A stretch of 64,000 bases of DNA from Callorhinchus milii (taxonomy: Eukaryota): the NCBI RefSeq assembly GCF_018977255.1, contig NW_024704743.1, positions 56,546,001 through 56,610,000 of the forward strand, read 5' to 3'. Both the position numbers and the translations under genes were made by a program. Positions within the stretch are counted from its first letter, which is position 1; each line of letters opens with the position of its first letter. Positions 62,140 to 64,000 of the stretch are shown here, in pieces. The notes beneath the pieces are model-generated. The model was not told where the DNA came from. It did not search any database and was given only the letters and a program-made list of their open reading frames with translations.

Positions 62140-62513
62140 CATAATAATAAAATAATACTAATCCTTGCATTTGATATAGCTCCTTATCACATTTTAAAGA
62201 TATCTCAAAACATTTCACAGAATATACTGTAAAGTGAATTGACTGATATTTTGTGGGCGAAACGTGGCAGCCAATTGCGCACATCAGTGTCCCACAAACA
62301 GTCATGGATTGAAGTGACAAATTTTTTTTTAAGGAATTATTACCCCCGGAAAAGCGATCCATCAATCAACTAACAACCGGGTTCCTACTTATTACTAGGT
62401 AAACAGAGGCGTGTGCAGTAAGGAAATTTGCCCAACATTTTGCCCGCCAGGAATCGAACCCAGGTATCTCTCTTGCAAGGTAATTGCGCTAACCACTGTG
62501 CTACAGGACTCCA
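62140..62513 (-). mobile_element. tRNA-Ala-derived SINE, long subfamily, full length
   Basis: Complete head (reverse of ctacaggactcca), long internal block, core and tail. Confidence 0.92.
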
Positions 62514-62554
62514 CTACAAACTACAAGTTGTAATTCTTGACATAGATGCAGCAG

Positions 62555-63003
62555 GTGCCAGTCTGGCTCAGTTGGTAAAACTCTCATGCATTTGAGTCAG
62601 GAAGTTATAGGTTTAAGCCCCACATCTGGATGCTGAACGCATAATCTAGCATGACATTTGAATACAGTGATTGGAGAAGGTTGTATTGTTAGAGATGCAA
62701 TCGTTATAGGATGAGATGTTGAACTTATTCAAGTCCCATCTATTTGTTCAGATGGCTGTTAAAGATCTCATGATTTTGATCCCATCAAAAGAGATGTGAG
62801 ATTCTGACCAACATCTCCTTGATTAAAAATAAACCGTCATTCACTTCTTGGCTGATTGCGAAACATTGCTGTGCACAAATTGGCTGCTGCATTTGCCTAC
62901 AATAAAATGAGTCACTCTGCTTAACAGTATAGCGTGTGAAGCGATTTGAGACATCCTTCCAACATGACCAAGTACTACACCAAATGTGAGGATTATTATT
63001 ATT
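62555..63003 (+). mobile_element. Deu-domain SINE, full length
   Basis: gtgccagtctggctcagttggta head through ggattattatt tail. Confidence 0.88.
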
Positions 63004-63796
63004 CATGCTCTCTTTGTAAACATGGCATACATTGAGCACTAGGTAAAGCAATGAGTTAGCATAATTTTCTTTCATGTTCTTGGTTTGAATCTCAATGAAT
63101 TGAGAGTCTGTCTCTGTCAGCCTGCAATAGATGTAAGGCTTCTGTGTCAAATGTGATAGAGTGTTAGTGGATGAGAGCCCCCACAGGGCACAATTTGACC
63201 CCATTTGGAACATATTGGTAATTCTGCTCACAGAGACCACAAGGATAGTTGGTATGGGAAATGGAACTAACATTTTTTTTGTGTAGTAGTCTGCACTTCA
63301 CAGAGTGCAGCTAAGGCATGTTATTACAGTAGGCCAGATGGAGCTTTACTCTACATCTCTTCATTCTACATCTAATCTGGGAGTCCTTGCCAGTGAAAAT
63401 CAATCCTTGAAATGGCATTGTATTCCAGTCCCCAATGCCACCATCCCTTGCCTCGATGAGGGCATTGATTCAAGATCTATACTTTTTATTCACATTTACT
63501 AGTGCTAAATGCTAGCAAGTGTCATGGGCAAAGAGAAGGGTTCCCTGTTCACATGTTGAAACAAAGCAATTTGAAAGCACCTTTAGGAAGTGATTTAATC
63601 CTTCCAATTAATTCACTACTGTGCACTCATAAACTAACTCGCCTTTTACTTCTTGCTTTAAGATTTGTTTTCCTCATTAATGTTATATTTTATGCTGTCA
63701 GTTACACTACAAACAGTTATTATTAATAATAATAGTAATCCTTGCATTTGATAGAGAATATTTTGCCGTAAAGTGTAGTGACTGTGTTTTGTGGTG

Positions 63797-64000
63797 AATT
63801 TTACCTTATTGCAGGAAAACAAATCAGACTATGGGTAAGAATGCCAATGGTTTAGCTTCACTGAATATCATGTGGGTGCAGTATAATAAAATACTCAGCC
63901 GAGTGCAGAAGTCACACAATCTCTTGATTCCACCTCTTCAGCTTTCTGAGCAGAATATTTCACACCTACACAACCTCTAGGTGAAGAAATGCTTGCTGAC
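63797..64000 (+). mobile_element. Possible L1 ORF1 relic homologous to 17380-17430
   Basis: FYLIAGKQIRLWVR versus FYLIPE*FNRCLVR at 17380; ungapped match ttttacctYattScag-N20-gtRaga. Confidence 0.35.

Larger units (their letters stand above)
61560..63700 (+). mobile_element. Ancient L1-clade post-RT to CCHC relic, interrupted by two SINEs
   Basis: QGRLVIEMN (~61852, cf. GRI..IKMN), NWEN, QSLKWHCIP and FIHIY*C (~63485, cf. H.FW.C). Confidence 0.5.

Noticed and set aside
60108..63834. Phase-compatible + strand mini-exons (60108-60174 and 63815-63834)
   Set aside because: Weak acceptor context, no recognisable product, and both lie in inferred L1 relics.
1..64000. CRISPR array or prokaryotic operon
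   Set aside because: No regularly spaced repeat-spacer units and no gene-dense ORF structure; the sequence is vertebrate repeat-rich DNA.

Overview
This is AT-rich vertebrate genomic DNA. The repeat content (tRNA-Ala/Deu-core SINEs, SacSINE1-like Deu-SINEs, L2, CR1, Penelope-like elements) points to a cartilaginous fish, probably a chimaera; that is an inference from recalled repeat families. I found no host protein-coding gene, real tRNA/rRNA gene or CRISPR array that I can support. The long ORFs in the track are L2 or Penelope debris. The main result concerns the DNA between the young repeats. It looks unique, but manual translation shows highly decayed L1/Tx1-clade motifs (ORF1 RRM/CTD, APE endonuclease, RT, post-RT GG-x-LP, C-terminal CCHC region) in the expected order, at 15 or more places across the whole 64 kb. 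Every such fragment I recognised is on the + strand. The window therefore reads as a unidirectional, roughly head-to-tail fossil array of ancient L1-clade elements, later riddled with SINE, L2, CR1, Penelope and hAT insertions. Secondary observations include SINE/L2 3' tail co-evolution, recurrent L2 insertion at one SINE position, two decayed Penelope hammerhead ribozymes, two hAT MITEs and a perfect 99-bp direct repeat. Boundaries of old elements are approximate (tens of bp), and all motif matches are by eye, not by HMM.
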